NCBI GenBank assembly: GCA_021831565.1
Contig: JAKBMM010000009.1
Coordinates: 3,605-67,604 of the forward strand
Direction: 5' to 3'
Length of the DNA stretch: 64,000 nucleotides
Source: Planctomycetota bacterium
GTDB taxonomy: Bacteria > Planctomycetota > Phycisphaerae > WQYP01
Both the position numbers and the translations under genes were made by a program. Of this stretch, positions 25,100 to 35,258 are shown in pieces. The notes under the pieces were generated by a model. It was not told the DNA's origin and searched no databases. It was given only the letters and a program-made list of their open reading frames with translations. Positions within the stretch are counted from its first letter, which is position 1; each line of letters begins with the position of its first letter.

Positions 25100-26527
25100 A
25101 TGAAGTCCCGCCAGCGTGAAAAAAAAGAAGCGTCCCCGGCGGCGCCGCCGCCCGCCACGGTGTCGCTGGCCCAATTGCACCGGTCGGTGCGCGTTCCGCA
25201 AAACAGCGCCGGGTTTCTCCGTACTTATCTGGCTTTTGTCGGTCCCGCCGTGCTGGTGAGCGTGGGGTACATGGACCCCGGCAACTGGAGCACCGATCTG
25301 CAGGGCGGAGCGCAGTTTCACTATTCCCTGCTGTGGATCGTGGCGCTGTCGAGTTTCATGGCCATTATCCTGCAGGTGTGCGCCGCCCGGTTGGGCGTGG
25401 TGACGGGCCGCGACCTGGCGCAGCTTTGCGCCGAACGCTATCCCCGGTTTCTTCGCATCGCCAACTGGCTCGGCGCGGAAGTGGCCATCGCCGCCTGCGA
25501 CCTGGCCGAAGCGCTCGGCAGCGCGGTGGCCCTGAGCCTGTTGTTCCATTTTCCCATTTTTTGGTCGTTGCTGATTACCGCGTTCGACGTGGTTCTGCTG
25601 CTGTCCCTGCGGGGATTGGGCATGCGGATGATCGAAGCGCTGATTGCCCTGCTGGTCGCCACGATGGGCGTCTGCTATTTCCTGGAAATATTCGTTTTGC
25701 CCGCGGTGCGGCCCGATCTGCTGCCCATGGGGCAGGCGATCGTGGCGCCCCAGATAGGCCGGATGCTTGTCAATAAAGACATGCTGGTACTGGCTATCGC
25801 CATGATCGGCGCGACCGTTATGCCGCATAATCTGTACCTGCACTCCGCGCTGGTGCAATCGCGGCAATTTCAGGCCGACGATGCAAGCATCCGCCGCGTT
25901 ATACGATACAACACCATCGACTCGGCGGTTTCGCTCGCGATCGCCTTTCTGGTCAACGCCGCCATTCTGGTTCTGGCCGCGATGGTTTTTTTCCACCGGC
26001 CCGGCGCCCATACCGTCCATGGGCGCTGGTTGCCCTTCCACGCCGATACCGACTGGATTCGCGCGGCATACCTGACCCTTACACCGCTGCTGGGCGCAGC
26101 CACGGCGAGCTTGCTTTTCGCGATCGCTCTGCTGGCCAGCGGCCAGAGCAGCACCATCACCGGAACCCTGGCCGGCCAGGTGGTAATGGAAGGATTCATG
26201 CAGTGGCGGATTCGCCCCTGGGTACGCCGGCTGATCACGCGTCTGGCCGCCGTGATTCCCGTATTGTTGATCGTGGGTTTGAAACGCGGGCCCACCAATA
26301 TCAACGCCATGTTGAATCTAAGTCAGGTGGTCCTGGCCCTGCAACTTCCCCTGGCCATGATCCCTTTGATGGTATTCACCTGTTCCCGCAAGATCATGGG
26401 GCCGTACGTCAACGGATGGTTCCTTCGCTCGGTGGGGTGGGGATGTTGCGTTGTAATCACTTTATTGGGCATCTACAGCCTGCCGGCGGCGATGCAAAGC
26501 GCCTGGGCCACCATTCTCGGACATTGA
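25100..26527 (+). CDS. mntH: Nramp-family divalent metal (Mn2+/Fe2+) transporter
   Basis: GPAVLVSVGYMDPGNWSTDLQGGAQF signature (DPGN). About 11 TM segments. 475 aa. Confidence 0.9.
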   Translation: MKSRQREKKEASPAAPPPATVSLAQLHRSVRVPQNSAGFLRTYLAFVGPAVLVSVGYMDPGNWSTDLQGGAQFHYSLLWIVALSSFMAIILQVCAARLGVVTGRDLAQLCAERYPRFLRIANWLGAEVAIAACDLAEALGSAVALSLLFHFPIFWSLLITAFDVVLLLSLRGLGMRMIEALIALLVATMGVCYFLEIFVLPAVRPDLLPMGQAIVAPQIGRMLVNKDMLVLAIAMIGATVMPHNLYLHSALVQSRQFQADDASIRRVIRYNTIDSAVSLAIAFLVNAAILVLAAMVFFHRPGAHTVHGRWLPFHADTDWIRAAYLTLTPLLGAATASLLFAIALLASGQSSTITGTLAGQVVMEGFMQWRIRPWVRRLITRLAAVIPVLLIVGLKRGPTNINAMLNLSQVVLALQLPLAMIPLMVFTCSRKIMGPYVNGWFLRSVGWGCCVVITLLGIYSLPAAMQSAWATILGH

Positions 26528-26581
26528 CCGCCGGGCATTGCCAGGTTCCGCCTGATGTGGCATTTGTGGTCGCGAGACACT

Positions 26582-27646
26582 TTACGGCGGCCGGGCCTGC
26601 AGCTTTTGCCGCATGAAATCAGCGCGCGCCGCTTTGCGCGATTCGCCGTCCAATGTGCGGCCCAGAACGCGCTGCAGATGCGCCGGCTGGGTTTGAAGAA
26701 ACAGCTTGTTGATGGTATCGATATCCAAGCCCGTGACCCGTCCCATCACCACCCCGAGACGCAGATGCGAGAGAAAATAGAGCGTTTCCTCGGTCGAAAG
26801 CAGCCGCGCGTTGCGCAACACTCCGATGGCGCGCCCGATGCGATCATCCAAAGCCAGCGGCCGCTCCTGTTCCAAAATCGAACGGGCGGTCAATTCGGCG
26901 GTGAGGATGCGCGGAATAATGGAGTCGCTGAATTCGTCGAGAATTTCCTCTTCCGACCGTCCCAGAGTGGTCTGGTTGCTGATCTGGTAGAAATCCCCGA
27001 TCGCTTCGGTTCCTTCGCCGAAGAGGCCCCGAATGGCCAGGTGCGTATCCTTGGCCGCCCGAAAAACTTTTTCGATTTCACCGGTCAGTTTGAGCGCCGG
27101 TAGATGCATCATCACGGAAACCCGCAGGCCGGTGCCCACGTTGGTCGGGCAAGCCGTCAGGTAGCCGAAACGCTCGCTGAAGGCGTAATCCAAATGTTCC
27201 TGGAGCATGTTGTCGAGCTTATCCGCTGTTTTCCAACACTCGCGCAACTGCATTCCCGAGCGCAAGACCTGCATCCGCAGATGGTCCTCTTCGTTGACCA
27301 TGACACTCAGGGCCTCATCGGCGCTGATGGCCACCCCCCGGCTTCCCTCGCCCGAAGTGTGCTGCTTGCTGATAAGGTGCCGCTCCACAAGTATTTGTCG
27401 ATCCACCTCTTCGGTGTGATCCAGATCCACGTAAAACAAGTTCCAATTACCCGGCAGCGAGAGCAACCGATCCCGGCAGAGACGGTGCAACTCCGACCGC
27501 TGGGGCTGGCTGGCCTTGTTCACAAATGGAAACGACGCCAGGTTCCGCGCCAAACGCACGCGGGAACTGATCACAATTTCATGCCGGGGTCCCGTGGCCG
27601 AAAGCCACTCGCCGTTTTGTTTGGTTAAATCGCCGGGTTTCATCAT
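26582..27646 (-). CDS. mcsB: Protein arginine kinase McsB (ATP:guanido phosphotransferase)
   Basis: SSRVRLARNLASFPF and guanido-kinase signature LTACPTNVGTGLRVSVMMHLPAL. Confidence 0.85.
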   Translation of the reverse strand: MMKPGDLTKQNGEWLSATGPRHEIVISSRVRLARNLASFPFVNKASQPQRSELHRLCRDRLLSLPGNWNLFYVDLDHTEEVDRQILVERHLISKQHTSGEGSRGVAISADEALSVMVNEEDHLRMQVLRSGMQLRECWKTADKLDNMLQEHLDYAFSERFGYLTACPTNVGTGLRVSVMMHLPALKLTGEIEKVFRAAKDTHLAIRGLFGEGTEAIGDFYQISNQTTLGRSEEEILDEFSDSIIPRILTAELTARSILEQERPLALDDRIGRAIGVLRNARLLSTEETLYFLSHLRLGVVMGRVTGLDIDTINKLFLQTQPAHLQRVLGRTLDGESRKAARADFMRQKLQARPP

Positions 27647-27678
27647 TCACCATCCCGCCATTTTCGTGGCGCCGGGGA

Positions 27679-28188
27679 TCAATCCGTTCCTGGAGAGCTT
27701 TCCAGCACCTTGATTTGGTCGCGCAGTTTCGCCGCTTCTTCGTAAGATTCCCGCTGCACCGCCCGGGCCAGATCCTTGCGCAGACGGTTGAGTTCCGCTT
27801 GCCGCAGTTTCACGGCCGCATTCGGGTCGGTTGGCGATTCCTTGCATTTACCGGTATGGCGGGTTGCGCCCTGCTGGGCGCTTTCAATGACACCCTGAAG
27901 TTGGGCGGCGAAAATATCGTAATCTTTCATGCAGCCCAGCAGGCCGGTGTCTTTGAATTCCTGCCAGGTCATGCCGCATTCTTCGCAGCGCAATCCATCC
28001 GCCTTGGCGCTGCGGTTTTGCGCCTGGAGCAACTGGTTGAGCACCTCGTTGAGCGGAATATGCGCCTGCTGAATGTAACCGGTTTCCCCCGCGCACTGAT
28101 CGCACAAATGCAGTTCCGTAGGGATGCCGTTGTCTATTTCGGTCAGATGGACCGTAGCCGGTTTATTGCAGCGATCGCATTTTTTCAT
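27679..28188 (-). CDS. mcsA: McsA-like activator (Zn-finger plus UVR domain)
   Basis: Cys pairs MKKCDRC..CDQC and CEECG..GC, plus a C-terminal UVR motif LARAVQRESYEEAAKLRDQIKVLE. Directly upstream of mcsB. Confidence 0.75.
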   Translation of the reverse strand: MKKCDRCNKPATVHLTEIDNGIPTELHLCDQCAGETGYIQQAHIPLNEVLNQLLQAQNRSAKADGLRCEECGMTWQEFKDTGLLGCMKDYDIFAAQLQGVIESAQQGATRHTGKCKESPTDPNAAVKLRQAELNRLRKDLARAVQRESYEEAAKLRDQIKVLESSPGTD

Positions 28189-28301
28189 CTTTGCACCGTG
28201 ATAAGCGCGGGCGGGCGAATCTTTTCCTTCCGCACGAAGCCCGCACCACCGCCCAATTCATGTTAGGAACGTGGCGGGACCAATTCAATTGCCGGCGAAA
28301 C

Positions 28302-28526
28302 CTACAGCGGAATCTGATCCCGGTATTTCTGTTTAAATTCATCCAGCGAGGCGATGCCTTCGGGTAAGCGGGCTTCATCCACCAGCAGCACGGGAATCCC
28401 GTCGCGGATGGGGTAACGCAAGCCGCCCACTTCACCGACCAGATATTCCCCCTCCAGCCGCAGGCGGCTGCGGGTAAGCGGACAGACCAGAATTGCCAGC
28501 AGTTCCGGGTCAATAGCCATGGTCAT
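28302..28526 (-). CDS. Trm112/YcaR-family small protein
   Basis: [14 protein letters not shown]...[15 protein letters not shown] pattern. 74 aa. Confidence 0.7.
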   Translation of the reverse strand: MTMAIDPELLAILVCPLTRSRLRLEGEYLVGEVGGLRYPIRDGIPVLLVDEARLPEGIASLDEFKQKYRDQIPL

Positions 28527-28565
28527 GTTTTCCTTTCTTGTTCCTTGGCGGCGGTTGAAACCGAA

Positions 28566-29108
28566 TCATCGTCCCGCGGCCAGATCACGGCGCTGCGCGC
28601 TGTCAAACCCCAGCAGCGATCCGAGCCGCAACAACAGACGAAACAGCCACGGCGCCAGTACCGCGGTATATAGACTGCTGCTGGCGGCGACGCCCAGGAA
28701 GGCCGGAATATTGATCTTCGGCGCGGGTTGACCGGCGTTCCAGAGAGCCAGACGCGTCAGAACCATTCTACCCGCCAGAAAAAACAACACCGCCAGAAAC
28801 GTGATGACACCCTGGCTTATGGGATTGTTGCGAAAAATGTGGGGGCGAATTTTCACAATTCCCAGAGCCATCAGCGCCAACAGAATCGCTTCCAGTCCCA
28901 GCAGAGCCTGGCTGGTCAGGTCATACAGGAGGCCACACCAGAAACAAGCCAAAAGAGCGGAATCCTCCTCGGCGTAAAAGGCGTAAAAAATTCCCAGCAA
29001 CGGCAGGTATTCGATGTGGAAATAACCCTGTTCGCTCCATTGGGCCAGATGCGCCGACTGAAACGCCGCCGCCAGGTACAAAAGCGAAAAAAAGACGATC
29101 CATCGCAT
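28566..29108 (-). CDS. Membrane protein, MreD-like
   Basis: 180 aa with 5 hydrophobic segments. The central GLLYDLTSQALLGLEAILLALMALGIV resembles the conserved MreD G-L-x-x-D-L...LG motif. No mreB or mreC adjacent. Confidence 0.45.
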   Translation of the reverse strand: MRWIVFFSLLYLAAAFQSAHLAQWSEQGYFHIEYLPLLGIFYAFYAEEDSALLACFWCGLLYDLTSQALLGLEAILLALMALGIVKIRPHIFRNNPISQGVITFLAVLFFLAGRMVLTRLALWNAGQPAPKINIPAFLGVAASSSLYTAVLAPWLFRLLLRLGSLLGFDSAQRRDLAAGR

Positions 29109-29224
29109 GGCCAGAGTATGCGGGAGAACATACGCCGTGCAAAGCGCCGCACTTAGCCCAACCTTAGACCCGGCGTCCGCACGCAGCGGACATACGGGAT
29201 GATGGAAACCCTCTCCGGAGCGCC

Positions 29225-30328
29225 TCAGCCGGTTGGCGGCGGGCCTGCGCCCTGTCCCTTTGCCAGCAGGCCCGGTAGATCACGGAACGAATAACGCCGG
29301 GCGACCGGGCCGTTGTCGCCAGGCGCAAAATGGAAATATACGAAATCGGGGCGTGTCTGATCCTGGAGGCTCTGCGTGGCTCCGCGCAGCAGCGCCTCGC
29401 TGTGCGTGGTGGCGATCAACTGGCAATTAAAATGATCCGCCGCCGCCATCAGTTTGGCCGTAACCGCCGCCAGGACGGAGTCATGCAGGCCGTTATCGAG
29501 TTCATCCACCAGCACGATTCCGTTGCGCGCGAAGGCCATGGCCAGGATGATCGATAAAAGCCGACCCGCCCCTTCGCCGAGAAAATTGATGGGAATCTTT
29601 CTCCCCCAGCCGATATCCGCGTGGATCAGACCCGCTCCTCCCACATGAATGGAAGAAAGACTTTTAATTCGCGGATCAACCACGCGGACAAAGTCCAACA
29701 CCATATCGGTCTGTTGGAGAATCTCCAGTTCGCCATAACGGTCCGCGTCGATTTTAGGGTTGCCCAGCGTTCGCGCCTGCAGATAAAAGGTGGGATTGAG
29801 CCGAGGCGGCGGCGTGTTAAAGCGAATCTCCAACTGACCGTTTCGACTCACAATATCCGCGGTATTGGTGAGCTTGTTATCGTGCAGATACCGCAAATGC
29901 AAGACCGGTTCGAAGGCGACGCCCGCCGGGCCGGGGGGCGGCGGCGCAGACGGCGGAGGATTTTTCGGCGCCGGATTGTTCTCGCTGAACACGATGCGCC
30001 GCGTGTTGTTGGCGGAATCCAGAATAATTTCCAGACCGCCGCTTCCCGTTTCATCGATTGCCGTCAGGCGGATCGGCCGCGTGGTGCGGTAACGAAAAAA
30101 TGAGGAAGCGAAGACCGAATCCGGTCCGGAAATGACCTGAAGTCCCCGCCAGCTCATCGGTTTTAAGAGTAGTTCCGGGTTGAGTTGATCGCAAAACAGA
30201 AAGGCGGCCTCGAGCCAACAAGTCTTGCCGACATTGTTACGCCCGCCCATCAGTGTAAACGCTCCGAGTCCGTCCAGCGCCAGGTTCTCGAAGGTCTTGA
30301 AGTTGTTGATTTCGAAGGAGCGGATCAT
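29225..30328 (-). CDS. AAA_21/ABC-type ATPase (RecF/OLD-N-terminal-like), stand-alone
   Basis: MIRSFEINNFKTF..., Walker A GGRNNVGKT, Walker B IVLVDELDNGLH, H-loop LIATTHS. A Pro-rich insert (PAPKNPPPSAPPPPGP) lies in the middle. Confidence 0.75.
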   Translation of the reverse strand: MIRSFEINNFKTFENLALDGLGAFTLMGGRNNVGKTCWLEAAFLFCDQLNPELLLKPMSWRGLQVISGPDSVFASSFFRYRTTRPIRLTAIDETGSGGLEIILDSANNTRRIVFSENNPAPKNPPPSAPPPPGPAGVAFEPVLHLRYLHDNKLTNTADIVSRNGQLEIRFNTPPPRLNPTFYLQARTLGNPKIDADRYGELEILQQTDMVLDFVRVVDPRIKSLSSIHVGGAGLIHADIGWGRKIPINFLGEGAGRLLSIILAMAFARNGIVLVDELDNGLHDSVLAAVTAKLMAAADHFNCQLIATTHSEALLRGATQSLQDQTRPDFVYFHFAPGDNGPVARRYSFRDLPGLLAKGQGAGPPPTG

Positions 30329-30453
30329 AAACCCTATATGTTATCCGAAAGGTGGCTTGGCCGCCACTGCGGCGCTTGGCTGGGAAATCGGGCCTGCGAC
30401 GAAATTGTTTTCACCGGAGACTCTTTATAACATAATGGAGTGTCACGGAAATA

Positions 30454-31914
30454 TTGGCGGAGCTTTGTATGGCCGCGGTAATCAGCAACTCTCCCGGCGG
30501 TCGCGAGCCTCTCGATGCCACGCGCAAAGCGCTGGAAATTAATCTGGACCGTCGCCGCTATGGAACATTCGCCGAAATCGGCGCTGGACAGGAAGTGGTG
30601 CGCCGGTTTTTTCGCGCCGGCGGCGCCGCCGGAACCATTGCCAAGAGCATCAGCGCTTACGATATGTCGGTGAGCGACGCCATTTACGGCAAATGCGAAC
30701 GCTACGTGAGCCGCCCCCGCCTCCAGAGCATGCTCGATTACGAGTACAAGTTGAATCTGAGCCGGCTGGCGGAAGCGCGCGGCGACACCACGTCGTTCTT
30801 TGTCTTCGCCGATACCGTCGCCGTGGGCGGTTACCAAAGCAACAAGAATGGCCGCGGCTGGATGGGTGTGAAGTTTCAGGCGCATCCGCGCGACGAAAAC
30901 AGCCAGATTATCCTGCATGTGCGCATGTTGGACCGGCAGAACGCCCAGCAGCAGGAAGCGCTGGGAATCATGGGCGTTAATCTGCTTTATGGCGCTTTTT
31001 TTCATCACCACGAACCGGAAGTGCTGCTCGCATCGCTTCTGGACGGTTTATCCCGCGAGCGCATTGAAATCGATATGATTGAATTCTCCGGCATTGAGTT
31101 CCGGCATGTGGATAACCGCATCATGAGCCTGCGGCTGGTCGAACGGGGACTTAGCGACGCGGCCATGTTCGCTCCCTCCGGCGAGGTGCTCCAGCCCTCC
31201 GAGGTGCTGCACCACCAACCGATCCTGGTTGAGCGGGGCAGCTTTCGACCGGTAACGCATGTAACCATCGATATGATAAATTGTGCCCGCAAACAATTCA
31301 TCGCCGATATCGGACGCGGCGCCGGGGAACCGGTTGAATTGATGGAAATCACGATGCGGAATCTGTGCGCCGCGGGGGGGATTGACCTGCGCGACTTTCT
31401 CGCCCGGGCCGACATACTATCGGCCTGCGGAAAAACGGTGCTGATCTCCAATTATTTTGAGTTCTACCGCCTGGCCGGCTACCTGTCGCGTTACACCAGG
31501 ATGCCGGTGGGAATCGTGATGGGGGCGGCAAGCCTCGGCGATATTTTTGACGAGAAATATTATTCCGATCTCGACGGGGGCATCCTGGAATCGTTCGGGC
31601 GCTTGTTTAAAAATGACCACAGAATCTACGTCTATCCCCTGCGCTCCCCGGACAACGGCAAGCTCACCAGGGTTGATAACTTTGAAGCGGCGCCCGGACT
31701 GCGCAAATTGTATGGGTACCTCGTTGATCGCGGCTTCATCCGGCAGCTTGAAAATTACAACCAGGACTACTTGACGATTTTTTCCCGCGATGTCCTGGAA
31801 AAAATAAAACGGGGCGACGACTCCTGGGATGCCATGGTGCCGCCGGAGGTGGCCCAAATCATCAAAAAGCGCGGTTTGTTCGGCTATCGGACGCAGTCCC
31901 CAGTGGCGCCATAA
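30454..31914 (+). CDS. Conserved-looking hypothetical protein (486 aa), family not recognised
   Basis: Long ORF with non-repetitive, globular-looking sequence (TFAEIGAGQEVVRRFF...). Divergent from the AAA ATPase gene. Confidence 0.55.
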   Translation: MAELCMAAVISNSPGGREPLDATRKALEINLDRRRYGTFAEIGAGQEVVRRFFRAGGAAGTIAKSISAYDMSVSDAIYGKCERYVSRPRLQSMLDYEYKLNLSRLAEARGDTTSFFVFADTVAVGGYQSNKNGRGWMGVKFQAHPRDENSQIILHVRMLDRQNAQQQEALGIMGVNLLYGAFFHHHEPEVLLASLLDGLSRERIEIDMIEFSGIEFRHVDNRIMSLRLVERGLSDAAMFAPSGEVLQPSEVLHHQPILVERGSFRPVTHVTIDMINCARKQFIADIGRGAGEPVELMEITMRNLCAAGGIDLRDFLARADILSACGKTVLISNYFEFYRLAGYLSRYTRMPVGIVMGAASLGDIFDEKYYSDLDGGILESFGRLFKNDHRIYVYPLRSPDNGKLTRVDNFEAAPGLRKLYGYLVDRGFIRQLENYNQDYLTIFSRDVLEKIKRGDDSWDAMVPPEVAQIIKKRGLFGYRTQSPVAP

Positions 31915-31937
31915 TCGGCGCCTCGGCGCGTGGCATT

Positions 31938-33026
31938 TCAATCCGGCACAAGCTTTAGCGACGCTGAATTGATGCAATAGCGGCGATGTTCCGGCGGCGG
32001 GCCATCGTCAAACACATGCCCAAGGTGGGCGCCGCAGCGGGAGCATTTGACCTCGTGGCGGACCATTTCATGCCGGCAATCGACAAGCTCTGTGATGGCG
32101 GCTGGTAAGATCGGTTGCCGGAAACTCGGCCAGCCGGTGTCCGAATCAAATTTTTCCTGTGATCGGAACAAATCCATCCCGCAACAAACGCAACGGTACA
32201 CCCCCGGCGTTTTGGTATTCCAGTATTCGCCGGTAAAGGCCTGCTCGGTACCGGCCTCACGGGTGATACGATATTGCTCGGGGGTCAGCAGCCGGCGCCA
32301 TTCCCCGGAAGACCCGGATGCGTCCGGCCTTTCTCCCGCCAGGGTGAAGCGGGCGAACGGATGGGATTGCCAGCGGAGCCATGGATTTTGCAGAGCGATC
32401 GCCCATCCCCGCGCTTCACCGGACGTCCAACCCTTGGCCACCGAAATACGGCCATCGTGGTGGGCCATTGATCCGGAAAACAGCGTCAGCACGCCAATGC
32501 ATGCCTTGGCCCATCGCGATCGCAGCAGGTCGTTGACGATTACGCCCCGCCGGCTCACACGCAGCATCTCCCGCAACACCGCCAGCGCGGCGGCGTCGTC
32601 CAGGTGATGCAGAAACATACTGCACGTGGCATAATCCACGCTTGCGTCCGCCACCGGCAGGCGCAGCGCATCACCGCGCACAAGAGTTAATCCCGGGGTC
32701 TTTCGCGTCCAATCGCGGGCGATGGCCAGGGTGGTCGGATGCCGGTCCAACCCGATCACTTCAACGTGCCGCCCGCCGCGCCGCGCCCACCGGAGCACCG
32801 CCGCGGGAATATCGGCTGAGCCGGTGGCCACGTCCAGAATGCGGACGGGGCCGCCGGTCCGCGGCCAGCGGGTGGACCAGCGCCGCAGATGACCGAGCAC
32901 CGCTCCCGTTCCGCCGAGCCGGCGGTTGACCCAACGAATGCACGCCAAAGCGCGGGCGAGTTCCCGGCGATCCACGTCCGGCTCATCCATCCATTCATGT
33001 ATATGCGTAGGCCTTTTGGCGGGCAT
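31938..33026 (-). CDS. Fusion protein: class I SAM-dependent methyltransferase plus peptide-methionine (R)-S-oxide reductase MsrB
   Basis: N-terminal half has SAM motif [16 protein letters not shown] and VIGLD. C-terminal half is MsrB: [11 protein letters not shown]...GWPSF...[16 protein letters not shown]...RYCINS. Single uninterrupted frame. Start taken at MPAKRP (33026). Confidence 0.75.
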   Translation of the reverse strand: MPAKRPTHIHEWMDEPDVDRRELARALACIRWVNRRLGGTGAVLGHLRRWSTRWPRTGGPVRILDVATGSADIPAAVLRWARRGGRHVEVIGLDRHPTTLAIARDWTRKTPGLTLVRGDALRLPVADASVDYATCSMFLHHLDDAAALAVLREMLRVSRRGVIVNDLLRSRWAKACIGVLTLFSGSMAHHDGRISVAKGWTSGEARGWAIALQNPWLRWQSHPFARFTLAGERPDASGSSGEWRRLLTPEQYRITREAGTEQAFTGEYWNTKTPGVYRCVCCGMDLFRSQEKFDSDTGWPSFRQPILPAAITELVDCRHEMVRHEVKCSRCGAHLGHVFDDGPPPEHRRYCINSASLKLVPD

Positions 33027-33039
33027 CGGCGCGGCTTCC

Positions 33040-33507
33040 TTATGGCGGTGCGGCGGCGCTCGGCGTCGTTGCCGCCCCGGCCCGGCCGCCCGGGGCGATG
33101 ACAATATAGAGGTGCGTATGGAACCAGCCGCGCTTGACGGTCACGGTGCAATTTTCCCGGTTCTTCTTATTTTTAAAGGATAGGATAATGCCTTGCGGGC
33201 CTTGCGTCTCCTGGAGCATATTCCAGCCATCCGTTGGCATGTAGTGCATGAAAAAGCGGGCGACCGAAAGCCGCGGGTCCGATCCTTTGTAAAATTGGTT
33301 TACCATGCGCAGGTTGGAATTGGGAACCACCGTCGCCTGCGAGCGACTCAGATCGATCCGGAAACCGGAGGGGACGGGAACGTCCGCAATCGGCGGATTG
33401 ATCGCCGGCGACAGCAGGGCTTGGTGATTCTGACTGCAACCCGCCAGTAACACGCACGCCGTGAGCAAACAGCAAACCTTTTGTGAAATTCCTCTGGCTT
33501 GACTCAT
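33040..33507 (-). CDS. Lipoprotein, function unknown
   Basis: Signal peptide with lipobox LLAGC ([26 protein letters not shown]). Confidence 0.6.
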   Translation of the reverse strand: MSQARGISQKVCCLLTACVLLAGCSQNHQALLSPAINPPIADVPVPSGFRIDLSRSQATVVPNSNLRMVNQFYKGSDPRLSVARFFMHYMPTDGWNMLQETQGPQGIILSFKNKKNRENCTVTVKRGWFHTHLYIVIAPGGRAGAATTPSAAAPP

Positions 33508-33599
33508 GGCCGGACGCCTCCTTATATTAGGAGAAACCAGCTCGTCCTCCCCGTAACGTCAATTGTTGGTTCCGCCGCGGTTTTTGTCAATGGTGTCAA

Positions 33600-34175
33600 T
33601 TATCGGCCCCAACGGACGATAAGAGTCCCCCGCGCTAGAATATGACCGCGAATGGCCTGATGCAGAGCCGCGGCGCGGATGCCCGCGGGAAGCGAGAGCA
33701 ACTCATCCAATGCGTAAATTTGTATATGGTAGTGATGCGCCGGGCCGGGCGGCGGCGCCGGGCCGCCATATCCGATGAAACCGAAGGAATTGGTTCCCTG
33801 CCGAGCGCCCGGCGGCGCACGCAGATGGCCGCGGCGGGCGATGCCCGCCGGCAACCGTCCCATGCCGGGAGGAATGTTGAAGATCAGCCAGTGCGTGAAC
33901 GGCGCCGGGCGGGGAGCGTCGGGGTCAATCATTTCGATCAGGATGGATCGCGTGGATCGGGGAACGGATCCCCACGCCAACGGCGGTGAAATATCGGCGC
34001 CGGCGATGGTGTATCGTTGCGGCATCCACCGGCCGTTTTTGAACGCCGGACTGGTCAGGAGAACAGATTTTACCGTCGCGGTGTTGTGCCGCACCGCGGC
34101 CCCGCACGAGCTGGTCAGCCCGACAGTCGCCGCCAGCAGGAGTGTACGGACCAGATTGGCTGCGGATTTATTCAT
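33600..34175 (-). CDS. YbhB/YbcL (PEBP/Raf-kinase-inhibitor-like) family protein, secreted or lipoprotein
   Basis: YGGPAPPPGPAHHYHIQIYALD PEBP signature. N-terminal signal MNKSAANLVRTLLLAATVGLTSSCG. Confidence 0.8.
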   Translation of the reverse strand: MNKSAANLVRTLLLAATVGLTSSCGAAVRHNTATVKSVLLTSPAFKNGRWMPQRYTIAGADISPPLAWGSVPRSTRSILIEMIDPDAPRPAPFTHWLIFNIPPGMGRLPAGIARRGHLRAPPGARQGTNSFGFIGYGGPAPPPGPAHHYHIQIYALDELLSLPAGIRAAALHQAIRGHILARGTLIVRWGR

Positions 34176-34339
34176 CCCTGGTCCGCCTGTTTCAGAAAAT
34201 GATGGCCACGTGATATGCCACACGGCTGCCCGACATAAAATATGGCCGGCTCTTCATTACGGATTGACACGCAATCGTCTGGTTGAATAGAATAAACAAG
34301 CGTCTAAATAGCGCAGAAATCTTCGAGGAATCCTCGGAA

Positions 34340-35224
34340 ATGAAACAGAAGAAGATACTCATTGGATTGTCCGCGGTTGGAATCATCATTATCGGCGTCG
34401 CCATTCTTTATTTCCAGTTCGCGCGACCCTACGCAATCCTCTGGCAAAGTTATCATACCTGTCTGCAACTGGCCAACCCTAACCATACCCATACATACCG
34501 TGCCGTGGACGGCCTTGTCAAGGTGAAGATCACTCCACCGAAGAAGAGTTCCGCGCAGTGGCTGAACGCCCGCATCGCGTGGCTCAAACCAGCCATGTTT
34601 CGATTCAACGTTCAGACGGCCAAGGGAAAGATCAGCGGAGTGTATCGAAAGAATTTGTGGTTGTACCTTCCAGCGGAGAAAACTGTTTTTCTGGCACGGG
34701 CCGGTCTGCCGTTGTGGAAGAGTGCCGGTGGAAATTCGACACCGGTCTCTGTGAAGCAAACCCTGGCTGTTTCGGCGACCTCGCCCCGGCACGAATCCGC
34801 CGCCATGAAAGGCGGCCATGCGACGCGGACGTTGCGGGTTCCCCTCTCTCCTTTGGCCATCTGGTGGGAGACGAAAGCGACGGTGCAGGGTGTACAAACC
34901 ATGGGGGGAGTTCCCTGTTACGTCGTTCAATTGCAAACCGAAGGAAAATTGCGAAAAAAGATCAAAGCCAAAGCTCTGTTGTGGATCAGTCAAAAGGACC
35001 ATCTACCGCGGAAGGTGGAAATCGAATTCACTAAAAAGAGCGGCCTCTATCGCATCGTGGCGACAATTAAAGGGTTGAAGTTGAATCCGAATATGAAAAA
35101 AGCTGATTTTGTGTTTTTGGCGCCGGCCGGAACAAAAACCCGGGTGATTCCCCTCAAGCAGGTGAAGCGATTTTTACAAACGTTGCCGCAATTTCTCAAG
35201 GACGCCGGGTGGCTGAGAATGTAA
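34340..35224 (+). CDS. Hypothetical membrane-anchored or secreted protein
   Basis: MKQKKILIGLSAVGIIIIGVAILYF anchor. The rest is beta-rich-looking, possibly LolA/RseB-like, but I cannot confirm this. Confidence 0.45.
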   Translation: MKQKKILIGLSAVGIIIIGVAILYFQFARPYAILWQSYHTCLQLANPNHTHTYRAVDGLVKVKITPPKKSSAQWLNARIAWLKPAMFRFNVQTAKGKISGVYRKNLWLYLPAEKTVFLARAGLPLWKSAGGNSTPVSVKQTLAVSATSPRHESAAMKGGHATRTLRVPLSPLAIWWETKATVQGVQTMGGVPCYVVQLQTEGKLRKKIKAKALLWISQKDHLPRKVEIEFTKKSGLYRIVATIKGLKLNPNMKKADFVFLAPAGTKTRVIPLKQVKRFLQTLPQFLKDAGWLRM

Positions 35225-35258
35225 AATGGTTACAAACGTCTGATTCGGAGGTCACACC

